Source of the DNA: Chiloscyllium plagiosum | Taxonomy: Eukaryota | Reading direction: 5' to 3' | Length of the DNA: 64,000 bases | Assembly: GCF_004010195.1 (NCBI RefSeq) | Contig: NC_057754.1 | Span: 11,044,911-11,108,910 of the forward strand | Shown here: one piece after another, positions 37,551 to 49,463 of the stretch | How positions within the stretch are numbered: position 1 is the first letter of the stretch | Layout: every line of letters begins with the position of its first letter | The notes under the pieces: generated by a model | Database searches by the model: none | What the model was told of the DNA's origin: nothing | Seen by the model: the letters and a program-made list of their open reading frames with translations, nothing else | Translations under genes and position numbers: made by a program

Positions 37551-38329
37551 TATTCCCCAGCACCCATGTTGTGTGTGTGCAGGTGTGAGACACAGTGAAA
37601 GACAGTAGATGTACAAATCTCTATTCAATTTCCACCACCTGGAAGAAAGGAAACACCAGGGTGGCCAGTGACAAGCAGTGCCCTTCTCAGAGAGCATTGC
37701 TGCTTGATCAAACAGTGAAGGGGAGGGCAGGGACTAAATCAAAATAGAATTGGAGGGAGAAATAATACACTCCATTCCCTGCCATGCCCGCCTTTCAGGC
37801 CTGTATTTATTGTGCACCCCTCCTTGTCCAAAGGACAGTGAAGAGTCGATCACATTGTTGAAGGTGTGGAGTCAATGTAGGCCAGACCAGGGAAGGGTAG
37901 CTGATTTCCCTACTCCTATAGTACAGCGTGAGCAAAGTAGAATTTGAACACATCTCCCCAGAAGAATAGGCTGTGGTAATGGACGACTAAACCAGTTACA
38001 TTGAGACAAAGTCATCACCTCCAGGGGATAGGAATTTCCAGCTTTGGTGAACTAGATTCTCAACCTCTTTTTGGCCACGGCCCCCTAGGAGCTCTTCACA
38101 GTTTCCAGGGCCCTCCTTTCAAACAAGATACAACACAAACAGATAGACAGAAAATTATTTCACAGTTTTCAGTCTGTGGCCCCCTTCAGGTGTGTCAGGG
38201 CCCCTAAGGGGGCCATATAGCCGCTGTTGAGAATGACTGGGGTCGCAATGATCCAGAGAAACTGGTATTATCTGTTCAGAGTTTCCATCCTGAACTGACA
38301 GGAAAGACTTCTGTAAACCAGATGTTAGG

Positions 38330-38945
38330 GAGCAGTTTTCCATGTGAAAAGAAATATAACCATCCATAAGTCTATATATGGATGATACTTGCACTGATTA
38401 TTAATCCTGGACAAACACGAGGACACTTGCACCATGAAGAAATCATGGAAATGTGGAAACTGTGGGAAGAGATTTAATTTCCCATCCCAGCCGGAAATTC
38501 ATCAACACAGTCACACTGGAGAGAGGCTGTTTACCTGCTGTACATGTGGGAACAGATTTAGTGTTTTCCAGCCTCCAGAACCACCTGCTTGATCATACTG
38601 AGGAAAAGCCATTAAGCTACAGTTCCTGTGGAAATAGTTTCAGGCAATCAGTGAATCTCACTGTACAACAACGAGTTCTCAATGGGAAGAGGCTGTTGTC
38701 TGTCCTGTGTGTAGGAAAGGATCTGCTTGGATTTCAAACTTGCTAGAAATTGTTTATCTGCTCTGAATGTGGCAAGGGATTCGCATAGTCCCAAAACTGT
38801 TGATATAGCAACACATTCAAACTAGCGATAGTGTGGAAAAGGATTCACTCAGTTTATTCACCTGCTTTCACATAGTGAATGTACACTAGGAAGAGACCAT
38901 TCACCTGCTCCAAATGTGGTAATTAATGCATTCAATTTTCCCAAC
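38330..38945 (+). pseudogene. C2H2 ZNF pseudogene, plus strand
   Basis: DKHEDTCTMKKSWKCGNCGKRF and HTEEKPLSYSSCGNSFRQSVNLTVQQRV, with frameshifts and stops. Confidence 0.8.
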
Positions 38946-39260
38946 TGCTCAGCTCTTCCAGCAACACCAGCATCTATCCAATAATCTGGAAAATTGCCAG
39001 GGTATGTCCTATACAGAAATAGCAGGACAAATCAAACTCACCCATTAATCGCCCTATCAATATGCTCTCGATCATAAGAAAAATGATGGAAGGTGTCATC
39101 AACAGTGCTATTGAGTAGCACCTGTAACCTGCTCAGTGATGCCCAGTTTGATCTTATTCCAGTCTTGGTTCAAACATGGACAAGAGCTGAATTCCAGATT
39201 TGATTTGAGAGTGACAGCCCTTGACATCAAGATGATATTCAAGTGTGGCTTCAAAGAGCT
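38946..39260 (+). mobile_element. L2/CR1-clade LINE RT fragment
   Basis: WKIARVCPIQK..DKSNSPINRPINMLSIIRKMMEGVIN. Confidence 0.7.
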
Positions 39261-39600
39261 TTAATTAGATTCCTGTCTGTAACTCACTCCCAGGTATCTG
39301 TTACTATGTAAATAACTACACTGAAACCATAAATTAGATTCCAGTCTGTAACTCACTCCCGGTTATGTATTACTCAAGATATAGAAATCTCCCTGAATTC
39401 CTTGATTAGATTCCAGTCAGATTTCTGGTATCTGTTAATCTATATATAAAAACCCCCTGAAACCCTCAATTGTATTACAGTCTGTAACTCCTTCCCTCCT
39501 GTTACTCTGTATATAAACCCCCCGCCCCACCCCTTGATTAGATTGCAGTTTCTAACTGACGTCTAGGTATGTGTCAATCCCTACATAAACCACCCTGACC
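39261..39600. repeat. Degenerate ~68-bp minisatellite, ~5 copies
   Basis: Units begin ATTAGATTCCAGTCTGTAACT-like at ~39264, 39333, 39405, 39469 and 39537. Confidence 0.8.
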
Positions 39601-40400
39601 ATCCTGATCCTTATATGACAAGTTTTTCATCCTTGCGATCAATCTTGTAAACCTGGACCCTGTCCAACATCAGCACATCTTTCCTTCGATGTGGGGTCTG
39701 AACTGGTCACAGCAATCCAAATGTAGTCTGACATTTGTAGCCTCAACAGTACATCTCTGCTCTTGTTTAAGAGCTCTCTTGATATGAATGCTTACATTTG
39801 CTTTACTCAACCTGCATGTTAACCTTAAGAGAATCCTGAATTAGAACTCCCAAGTCCCTTTGCAGTTCAGATTCTGAAGCCTTTCCTTATACAGAAAATA
39901 CACTATGCCTTGACTCTTCCAATCAAAATGCATGACCTCACACTTTTGAACACTTTATTCTACCTACTACTTCTTTGACCACTCTCTCAGCCAGCCCAAA
40001 TAAGTATGCTGCGTTCCCAATTTCTCTGAAGACTTGTACCATCACCTATCATTGTGTCAACTCCAACCATGCCCTCAATTCCTTTGTCCAGATTATTAAT
40101 ATAGAACATGACTATTTGCGCTCCACTAGTCACTGGCTGTCTTCTGAAAAAAATACCCTTTATCCCAACTCTCTGCTTTCTGTCAGTCAGGCTAACACTA
40201 TTGACTCTTACCTTATTTCACAGCTTCACATACGACACCTTGTCAAATGCCTTCTGGAAATCCAAACAGATCACATCCACTGGCTCAGTTTTATCTAACT
40301 TGCTCATTACCTCCTCAAAGAATTCTAACAGATTTGTCAGACATGATTCCCCTTGATGATGCCGTGCTGACTCTTCCAAGTACTCCATGATCACATCCTT
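39600..40400 (-). mobile_element. CR1 RT fragment, deleted
   Basis: Reverse complement of the GESCLTNLLEFFEEV..DVICLDFQKAFDKV region. Confidence 0.78.
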
Positions 40401-40499
40401 ACAATGTGTTTAACTCAAATCTGATTTTTTGACTGTTATTCAAAATATTAAAACTTTGCTTTCAGGCCTGAAGATGATGAACAGCATAGTCCAATTGCT

Positions 40500-41870
40500 G
40501 TTGATATCTGTGAACTCTGTGCTGTCTCAGCAGGGTCGATCAGTGAGTGAATTCCTTCTCCCACACGGAGCAGGTGAATGGTCTGTCCCCCAGTGTGATC
40601 TCTCTGCTGACTCAGCAGGGTTGGTAAGTGAGCTAACTGTTTTTCTCACATGGAGCAGGGGAATGTTTTCTCCCCAGTGTGAACTTGCTGGTGAGTTGAG
40701 ATGATCACCTGAATCCATCCCCAAATAAAAGCACCTGAAAGGTCTTTCATCGTGTGAACATGTTGACAGAACATTAGTTCCACAGAACTTCAATAGTACT
40801 TTCCACACACTAGACATTTGAAAGTTCTCTCCTCAATGTGAATATGTTGATGATAAAACTGTCCCCAGGAACTTGTATAGTGATTCCTAGTCTGAACATT
40901 TAAAAAGTCTCTCCTCAGTGTGACCACATTCATGGTGACTTCAGTTCCACAGAATTCCTGAAACACTTCCCACAATATGAACATTTGAAAGGTCTGTCCT
41001 CACTATGAACATGTTGATGACAAGTCAGTCCCCAGGAGTTTGTATAGCACTTCTCCCAGTCTGGGCATTTAAAAGATCTCTCTGCAGTGTGAACTTACTG
41101 GTGTCTCAGCCGTTTGGACGAATGAGTGAATGTCTTCCCACACTCAGAGCTGCTGAACAGTCTCTTCCCAGTGTAAATCTGCTGGTGCTTCATGATGTCA
41201 GATGATCACCTGAACCCAGTCCCACAGAGAGAGCATCTGATGTCCCACCAACTTGCTCACATTAATGAGAGACCTTTGAAATGCTCAGCCTGTGAGAAAT
41301 GCTACAAAATCTCCAGATACCTGTCTTCAGAGTGAACACATTGGCTAAGCATTTCAAAGATCTCTCATTAATGTGAGGAAGTTGGTGGGACATCAGGTCC
41401 CTGGGAGTTTTATAACCCATCCCACTGTTGGGCACTTCAAGGCACGTTGATGGGACATCGGGTCCCCAGATATTGTATAATATTTTCCACAGTTTAGATA
41501 TTTAAAAGATATCTCATTAGTATGAACATCAAGTTCCCAGAGGTTTTATAAGATTCTCCACAGTGTTGACATTTAAATGGTCTCTCCTTAGCTTAAACGA
41601 GGTAATGTTGCAGCAGGTTAGATGACTGAGTGAACCCCTTCTCATAAACTGAGCAGGTGAATGGCCTGTTACCTGTGTGACAGCATCGATGAGTTTCCAG
41701 CTCAGAAGGGGAAATGAATTCCTCCCCACAATCCCCACATTTCCACAGTTTCTCCCAAGTGTGACAGCATTTGTGGTTTGTGAGCTTTGATGATTGTCTA
41801 AAGCCTTGCCCATGCACTCAATACGTGTGCGGTTTCTCTCCACTGTGAATGCGGCTTGTTCATTCCATGT
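40500..41870 (-). pseudogene. C2H2 ZNF pseudogene (>10 decayed fingers) with an internal inverted duplication
   Basis: [37 protein letters not shown] and HIEERTFKCLVCGK, with many frameshifts. Confidence 0.85.
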
Positions 41871-42099
41871 TCAATATTAGATCATGTTCCTGATGTGATC
41901 AAATGGGCAAATCCATCAGATCATGGTGTGATGGTTGGTTTGGAAATCTTCCCCTTTTTTCTGTGAAACTGATGTCAAACAAAAGAAAGAGTGAGAGAGA
42001 ATCTCTCACAAGACTCTGGCTTCTTTGTGAAGATAATGACTGAAGGATAGGGTTTTAGACACCTACAACTTGGTCATAACTTTGACAGAATCTTCCAAA

Positions 42100-42540
42100 C
42101 ACTCAGCCTCCACTACTGAGAAGGAGCAGGGTAGCATCTGGATGTGAACACCATCACCTCCCAGTTCCCTCCAGGTCACACACTGTCTTGACTTGTCTGA
42201 CATCCAGTCTTGGTGGAGCAGAAACTTCCTCCAGATAAATCCTGGCAAAACTGAGGCCTTTGTCTTCATTCCCCAACACAAACTCCACTGCCTTGCCACT
42301 GACTCCATCCCTCTCCCTGGCAATTGTCTGAGTCTGAACCAAATGTATCAAAACTATGGTGAAGTATTTCACCCCACAATGAATTTTCAAACACATAGCC
42401 CCATCATGATCAAGACTGTCCACTTCCAGCTCAGTAACATCACCTGACTCCTCCTAGTCTCTGCTCATCTGCTGCTGAAACTCTCATCCTTGTTACTCCT
42501 GGACTTAACTATTGAATGCATTCCCAACCAACCTCTCACA
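42100..42540 (+). mobile_element. L2-clade LINE RT C-terminal fragment
   Basis: LSDIQSWWSRNFLQINPGKTEAFVF. Confidence 0.75.
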
Positions 42541-43734
42541 TTCCCCTCTCTGCACTTGTCTGACTTCCTCTGCCTCTGTTAATGGATGTACTTGAGCTCT
42601 GTTTGGTGTTTTATAGTTCCTTCCATTGCCTGTTTCCGAATGAAGTTGTTACCACTGCCCATTCTAACCATGTGCTGCTGCCTTAGCAGCTTTCTCTTCC
42701 CACCCAAGCTCCCACAATGCTGTAAGGGAGCGAGTTACAGGTTGTTCACCCAGTGATGTAATCCTGAGGTCATTCAAAACCCGTGTCAGTATTTGGTCCA
42801 AGTCTGGTTCACCCATCACCCCGTGCTCAAACAGGTAAATTTTCAACTTTGTGTCCTTCTATTCAAATCTCTTGGGAGCCTCCTCTCTACCTAGATCTGT
42901 AATGTTCTCCAGCTTCCAGCCCTCTCAAGGGCAATTAGGGCTGGTCAATAAATACTAATCCAACCTGCGATGCCCACAACCCAAGAAATAATTGTTACAA
43001 ATGTCCTTTGAGATATCTGCATTACCTCTAATTCCAACCTCCTGAGCTTTCTCGATTTTAACTGGCCCACATTTGGTGCCGTCAACCTTCAGCGGCCAAG
43101 GTCATAAACTGTAACCCCTCTTCACTAAACCTCTCCTTCTCTGAACCTCAGTTATGGGCTTTAAAATACACGTTGAAAACTATTTAACCATAAACCATTT
43201 TGTAACTTCTCTAATAGCTAGTTGCTTGACTGGGGTCAGAAGTTGGTCTATAACACTATATTGATATAAACTAATGGTCATTGATTTGAACACAGATCAC
43301 TGTCCCTTCATCATTATTTGGTGAATAGTTCCTTACCTAATGGCATTGTGGGAGCTACGAAGGGAAGATAATTGCCAGCAGAAAATGGTAAGGGGATGAT
43401 CAGCTGTAAAACCTCATTTAAAGAGTCAATGGAAATAACAATAAATTATCTAAGACAGTTACACCCATTCTCGGAGTGAGAGGAAGTTAGACCATGACAG
43501 GGAGTTGATCAAGGACAGTACAGATGAATCAGAGAAATGGATGGAATTTCAGATTCAGATCCAAGTAAAGGGGGTCACCCTAGCCAAACAACCATGTAAA
43601 GTTTGACAGATAACAAAGGACAGTACTAGAAGCTGAACTGTGTAGGTTAATAGTTAAAAGTATTGAAATAATTACATTCTTTTCAACTTTATAATCAAAC
43701 GCTGGAGTCTGCAGCTTGAAAGAAGTCAGAAGCA

Positions 43735-44490
43735 CTGTGGTCCTAGGCACCAGTGATATAGGTAAGAACTGTTATGATCCTACAAGCAGAATTTATAGAG
43801 TTATGAGCCAAGTTAAAAAGTAGGACCTCAAAGGTAGTAATCTCAGGATTGCTACCAGTGCCACATGCTAGTCAGAGTAGGAATGATAGAGTAAGGAGGA
43901 TGAATGTGTGGCTTGAGAGATGGTGCAGGAGGGAGGGGTTCAGATTTTTGGGACATTGTGACCAGTTCTGGGGGAGGTGGGACTGTTACAAATTGGATGG
44001 TCTACACCTGGACTGGACTGGAACCAGTGTCCTTCGGGGTGCTTTTACTAATGCTGTTGGGGAGGGTTTAAACTTATGTGGTGGGGGATGGGAACCAAAT
44101 GAGGAGGTTAGTGGACAGTAAGGAGTTAGTGACTAAAGCCTGTAAAGAACTAGGTAATTAAGTCAGCATGACTAAGGGGAAGAGTAGGCAGGGAGCAGAT
44201 GATGAACGCAAAGGAACTGATGGTCTGACATACATTTGTTTTACTGCAAGAAGTATAGTAGGTAAGGCAGATGAACTTAGTGCCTGGATTAGTACGTGGG
44301 AGTATGATCTTCTTGCTATTACTGAGACTTGGTTGAGGGAAGGGCATGATTGGCAACTAAATATCCCAGGATATAGATACTTCAGGCGGAATAGAGAGGG
44401 AGGTAAAAGACGTGGAAGAACTGTATTACTGGTCAAAGAAGATATCAGTGTACTGAAGGAGGGCACTATGGAAGACTCGAGCAGTTATTG
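43735..44490 (+). mobile_element. CR1 ORF1 end and ORF2 start
   Basis: MNVWLERWCRREGFRFL..DGLHL and ARSIVGKADEL..AITETWL. Confidence 0.88.
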
Positions 44491-44663
44491 TTAATCACTG
44501 AGCCACCATGCTGGGTTATGTGGCTACCATTGTAGATTTTCAATTTATTTGTTATTATGGTGCATAGTCTTTATATTTATCTACTACACGCATAACTAAC
44601 ATGTATATTGCATGTAAGAGAATAAAGCGTCCCTTGTGTTCCCCAGGGATATAATATCACAAA

Positions 44664-44795
44664 CGATTCCTGATGAAGGGCTTATACCCGAAACACCGAA
44701 TCTCCTGCTCCTCAGATGCTGCCTGACTTGTTGTGCTTTTTCAGTGCCACACTTTGACTCTGATCTCCAGCATCTGCAGTACTCATTTGTTCCTG
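44664..44795 (+). mobile_element. Short PLE terminal insertion with a 12-bp TSD and a hammerhead motif
   Basis: TAATATCACAAA at 44652-44663 and 44796-44807. Motif reads gattc-CTGATGA-aggg..ccc-GAAAC-acc-gaatc. Confidence 0.75.
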
Positions 44796-45179
44796 TAATA
44801 TCACAAAGTCTGACACTGAGCCACACATTAAATGCTAAAGTCGTCATACTCATTCTGGACCTTTATTAAAAAGTGACAACTGGTGGTGGTTTACCCTGAG
44901 GGACACCACATCACAGATAAGCAGAAGGGTTAAAAAGGGATTCCCTTTACTCCTTTAGTAGTAACCTCATGGATTTAATCCCACACTGTTGGCATCATGA
45001 GGAAAACTGGCAAACGGCTCCAAGAAAAAATTTGGCTTTTGGAAGTGTCTTCAAGGAGGAAGATGTAGATTTCCTTTTCCAGAAAACAGCAATTCTTCAT
45101 ATCATTGGTTGAATGAGCTGTTTTTGTTCCATTAACCCTCAAGGAGTGGGATAACTATTTAGATGAGCACTCTAAACAC

Positions 45180-45885
45180 AACACCCGCACCAATCAACCA
45201 CACTGCTCCGTGGCTCAACATTTCAACTCCCTCTCCCACTCTGCCGAGGACATGGAGGTCCTGGGCCTCCTTCACCACCGCTCCCTCACCACCAGATGCC
45301 TGGAGGAAGAACGCCTCATCTTCTGCCTCGGAACACTTCAACCCCAGGGCATCAATGTGGACTTCAACAGTTTCCTCATTTCCCCTTCCACCACCTCACC
45401 CTAGTTCCAAACTTCCAGCTCAGCACTGTCCCCATGACTTTAGATTAGATTAGATTAGATTACTTACAGTGTGGAAACAGGCCCTTCGGCCCAACAAGTC
45501 CACACCGACCCGCCAAAGCGCAACTGACCCATACCTCTACATTTACCCCTTCACCTAACACTATGGGCAATTTAGCATGGCTAATTCACCTAACCTGCAC
45601 ATCTTTGGACCGTGGGAGGAAACCGGAGCACCCTGAGGAAACCCACACAGACACGGGGAACAGACACGGGGAGAATGTGCAAACTCCACACAGTCAGTCG
45701 CCTGAGTCAGGAATTGAACCCGGGTTTCTGGCGCTGTGAGGCAGCAGTGCTAACCACCGTGCCGCCGTGTCCGGACTTGTCCGACCTGCCTATCTCCTTT
45801 TCCACCTATCCACTCCACCCTCTCCCCCACCCTCCCGACCTATCACTTTAATCCCCTCCCCCACTCACCTATTGTACTCTATGCT
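45180..45885 (+). mobile_element. Penelope-like 3' fragment (GIY-YIG C-terminus and UTR) with a nested V-SINE
   Basis: VAQHFNSLSHSAEDMEVLGL..LEEERLIFCLGTLQPQGINVDF. Confidence 0.85.
45440..45767 (-). mobile_element. HE1/V-SINE, young copy
   Basis: Complete head, V-domain and (TCTAA)4 tail. Confidence 0.92.
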
Positions 45886-46675
45886 NNNNNNNNNNNNNNN
45901 NNNNNNNNNNNNNNNNNNNNNNNNNNNNNNNNNNNNNNNNNNNNNNNNNNNNNNNNNNNNNNNNNNNNNNNNNNNNNNNNNNNNNNNNNNNNNNNNNNNN
46001 NNNNNNNNNNNNNNNNNNNNNNNNNNNNNNNNNNNNNNNNNNNNNNNNNNNNNNNNNNNNNNNNNNNNNNNNNNNNNNNNNNNNNNNNNNNNNNNNNNNN
46101 NNNNNNNNNNNNNNNNNNNNNNNNNNNNNNNNNNNNNNNNNNNNNNNNNNNNNNNNNNNNNNNNNNNNNNNNNNNNNNNNNNNNNNNNNNNNNNNNNNNN
46201 NNNNNNNNNNNNNNNNNNNNNNNNNNNNNNNNNNNNNNNNNNNNNNNNNNNNNNNNNNNNNNNNNNNNNNNNNNNNNNNNNNNNNNNNNNNNNNNNNNNN
46301 NNNNNNNNNNNNNNNNNNNNNNNNNNNNNNNNNNNNNNNNNNNNNNNNNNNNNNNNNNNNNNNNNNNNNNNNNNNNNNNNNNNNNNNNNNNNNNNNNNNN
46401 NNNNNNNNNNNNNNNNNNNNNNNNNNNNNNNNNNNNNNNNNNNNNNNNNNNNNNNNNNNNNNNNNNNNNNNNNNNNNNNNNNNNNNNNNNNNNNNNNNNN
46501 NNNNNNNNNNNNNNNNNNNNNNNNNNNNNNNNNNNNNNNNNNNNNNNNNNNNNNNNNNNNNNNNNNNNNNNNNNNNNNNNNNNNNNNNNNNNNNNNNNNN
46601 NNNNNNNNNNNNNNNNNNNNNNNNNNNNNNNNNNNNNNNNNNNNNNNNNNNNNNNNNNNNNNNNNNNNNNNNNNN
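45886..46675. other. Assembly gap (N run)
   Basis: 790 consecutive N. Confidence 1.
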
Positions 46676-48360
46676 GACTGGAAGCAGAGCCTAGCAGGAA
46701 AGACAGTAGAGCAAAAATGGCAGGGGTTTGTGGGTATAATTGAGGACACTGTACAGAGGTTCATCCCCAAGAAAAGAAAGATTATCCGGTGAGGGATTAG
46801 ACAGCCATAGCTGACAAAAGAAGTCAGGAAATGTATTAAAGAAAAAGAGAGATCCTATAAAGTGGCCAAGAGCACTGGGAAATCAGAAGATTGGGAAGGC
46901 TACAAAAACAAACAGAGGATAACAAAGAGAGAAATAAAGAAGGAGAGGATCAAATATGGAGGTAGGCTAGCCAGTAATATTAGAAATGATAGTAAAAGTT
47001 TCTTTCAATACATAAGAAACAAACGACAGGCAAAAGTAGACATTGGGCCACTTCAAACTGATGCTGGAAGCCTACTGATGGGAGATAAGGAAATAGCTGG
47101 AGAATGTAATAAGTACTTTGCATCAGTCTTCACAGTGGAAGACATGAGTAATATCCCAACAATTAAAGGGCTGAGTTGAGTATGGTTGCCATTACAAAAG
47201 AGAGAGTGCTAGAAAAGCTAAAAGGTCTTACAATTGACAAATCTCCTTGGCCCTAATGGGCTACATCCTAGAGTTCTGAGGGAGGTGGCTGAGGAAATAG
47301 TGGAGGCATTAGCTGAGATCTTTCAAAAGTCACTGGAGTCAGGGAAATTCCTGGATGATTGGAAGACCGCCATTGTAACCCCATTGTTCAAGAAAGGATC
47401 AAGACAAAAGGTAGAAAATTATAGGCCAATTAGACTAACTTTGGTTGTTGGTAAAATTCTAGAATCCATTGTTAAGGATGAGGTTTCTAAATTCTTGGAA
47501 GAGCAGGGTCGGATTAGAACAAGTCAACATGGATTTAGTAAGGGGAGGTCGTGCCTGACAAACCTGGTAGAATTCTTTGAAGAGGTGACAAGTAGGTTAG
47601 ACCAGGGAAACCAGTGGATGTGGTCTATCTAGACTTCCAAAAGGCCTTTGATAAGGTGCCACACGGGAGACTGCTGAGTAACGTGAGAGCCCATGGTGTT
47701 CGAGGTGAGGTACAGGCATGGATTGAGGATTAGCTGTCTGACAGAAGGCAGAGAGTTGGGATAAGAGGTTCTTTTTCAGAATGGCAGCCGATGACAAGCG
47801 GTGTCCCACAGGGTTCAGTGTTGGGACCGCAGCTGTTCACATTACATATTAATGATCTGGATAAAGGGACTGGGGGCATTCTAGTGAAGTTTGCCGATGA
47901 TACGAAGATAAGATTAGATTAGATTAGATTAGATTAGATTAGATTACTTACAGTGTGGAAACAGTTTAGAAGGTTAAGGGGAGATCTAATAGAAACTTAC
48001 AAGATAATAAATGGCTTGGAAAGGATGGATGCTAAGAAATTGTTTCTGTTAAGCGGGGAGACTAGGACCCGTGAGCACAGCCTTAAAATTAGAAGGGGTC
48101 AATTCAGAACAGAAATGCGGAGACATTTCTTCAGCCAGAGAGTGGTGGGCCTGTGGAATTCATTGCCGTGGAATGCAGTGGAGGCTGGGACGCTAAATGT
48201 CTTCAAGGCAGAGATTGATAAATTCTTGATGTCACAAGGAATTAAGAGCTATGGGGAGAATGCGGGTAAGTGGAGTTGAAATGCCCATCAGTCATGATTA
48301 AATGGCAGAGTGGACTCGATGGGCCAAATGGCCTTACGTCCACTCCTATGTCTTATAATC
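46676..48360 (+). mobile_element. CR1 ORF2 RT region to 3' end, with an internal deletion at ~47910-47962
   Basis: [38 protein letters not shown], then RLRGDLIETYKI...FFSQRVVGLWNSLP. Confidence 0.9.
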
Positions 48361-48799
48361 TGTCTGTGTACAGATCAGGTATTTGTAGGTTTTGCTCCCA
48401 CTTGCCTTGAGAGCAGCTCACAGCTTCTTTATACTTCCAAACTCACCTTTTTAATTGTCCTGAAGCCGAGATGAGGTTTGAATTCCTGATCAGCAGGAAC
48501 AAGAATCCTTTTACTGTCTCACATCATAGTCAATTTCATAGCACTATCAGAGGAGGGGAAGCTGAAATGGTCCTGCAGAGTCCTGCTCATGGGCACCGTT
48601 CAAATTCCCAAACCCACTGACCCAATCACTGCAGCTCCTGGGAATGGAAATAAAACAAACAACAAAACCCAGTCTCAGCTTTGTGAATCTTTAGAAAATC
48701 CTTGGGAATCAGGATCAGAAGAGAATGAATGTTGAACTGCCCAACTGAGGAGAGACAGTCAAAGCAGTTTTCCCTTCTTTCAGAGGGAACTCTGTAAGT

Positions 48800-48871
48800 T
48801 CTTCGGTAATATAGTGGTTAGTGTCCCTGCCTGTCACACGGGAGACGGGAGTTCAATTCCCCGCCGGGGAG
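48800..48871 (+). tRNA. tRNA-Asp(GTC) gene, probably a pseudogene
   Basis: 72 nt with acceptor stem TCTTCGG/CCGGGGA, anticodon loop CTGTCAC, A- and B-boxes and a TTTTT terminator at 48882-48886. One anticodon-stem and two T-stem mismatches. Confidence 0.85.
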
Positions 48872-48888
48872 AATAGCTGTATTTTTGT

Positions 48889-49165
48889 GGGTGGCACAGT
48901 GGTTAGCACTGCTGCCTCACAGCGCCAGAGACCTGGGTGTAGTTCCCGCCTCAGGTGACATTCTCCCCGTGTTTGCGTGGGTTTCCTCCCACAGTCCAAA
49001 AATGTGCAGGTTAGGTGAATTGGCCATGCTAAAGTGCCCCTGGTGTCAGGTGAAAGGATAAATGTAGGGGAATGGGTCTGGGTGGATTGCTATTCGGAGG
49101 GTTGGTGTGGACTTGTTGGGCCGAAGGGCCTGTTTCCACACTGTGAGTAATCTAATCTAATCTAA
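48889..49165 (+). mobile_element. HE1/V-SINE (internally deleted)
   Basis: GGTGGCACAGTGGTTAGCACTGCTGCCTCACAGCGCC head and (TCTAA)3 tail. Confidence 0.92.
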
Positions 49166-49271
49166 AACTGTGATGTTCTCAGGGACATTAACTGATCTGA
49201 GGCATTGAACAGATTCCCACCAGAGCTGCTTTGCTTTTGCTGTTGTCACTGCCAGGAACAATAAATTATAA

Positions 49272-49463
49272 TTCCCTCATTGGGAATCAAACCCAGGCCA
49301 TGGGGATGAAAGCTTATGCTGGAAACGTCGATTCTCCTGCTCCTCGGATGCTGCCTGACTGGCTGTACTTTTCCAACCCCACACTCTTCAACTCTGATCT
49401 CCAGCATCTGCATTCCTCTCTTTCCCCCATGAAATCACCCTGACCTAACTAGACCACCAGGGA
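49272..49463 (-). pseudogene. tRNA-Glu(TTC) gene split by a PLE terminal insertion
   Basis: 5' half TCCCTGGTGGTCTAGTTAGG..GATTTCAT (49429-49463) and 3' half GCTTTCATCCCCATGGCCTGGGTTTGATTCCCAATGAGGGAA (49272-49313), separated by a ~115-nt PLE end. Confidence 0.75.

Noticed and set aside
39261..39600. CRISPR-like repeat/spacer appearance
   Set aside because: The repeats are degenerate, the 'spacers' resemble each other, there are no cas genes and the context is eukaryotic.
45767..46792. 341-aa and 301-aa ORFs in the track
   Set aside because: Artefacts of translating the N gap.
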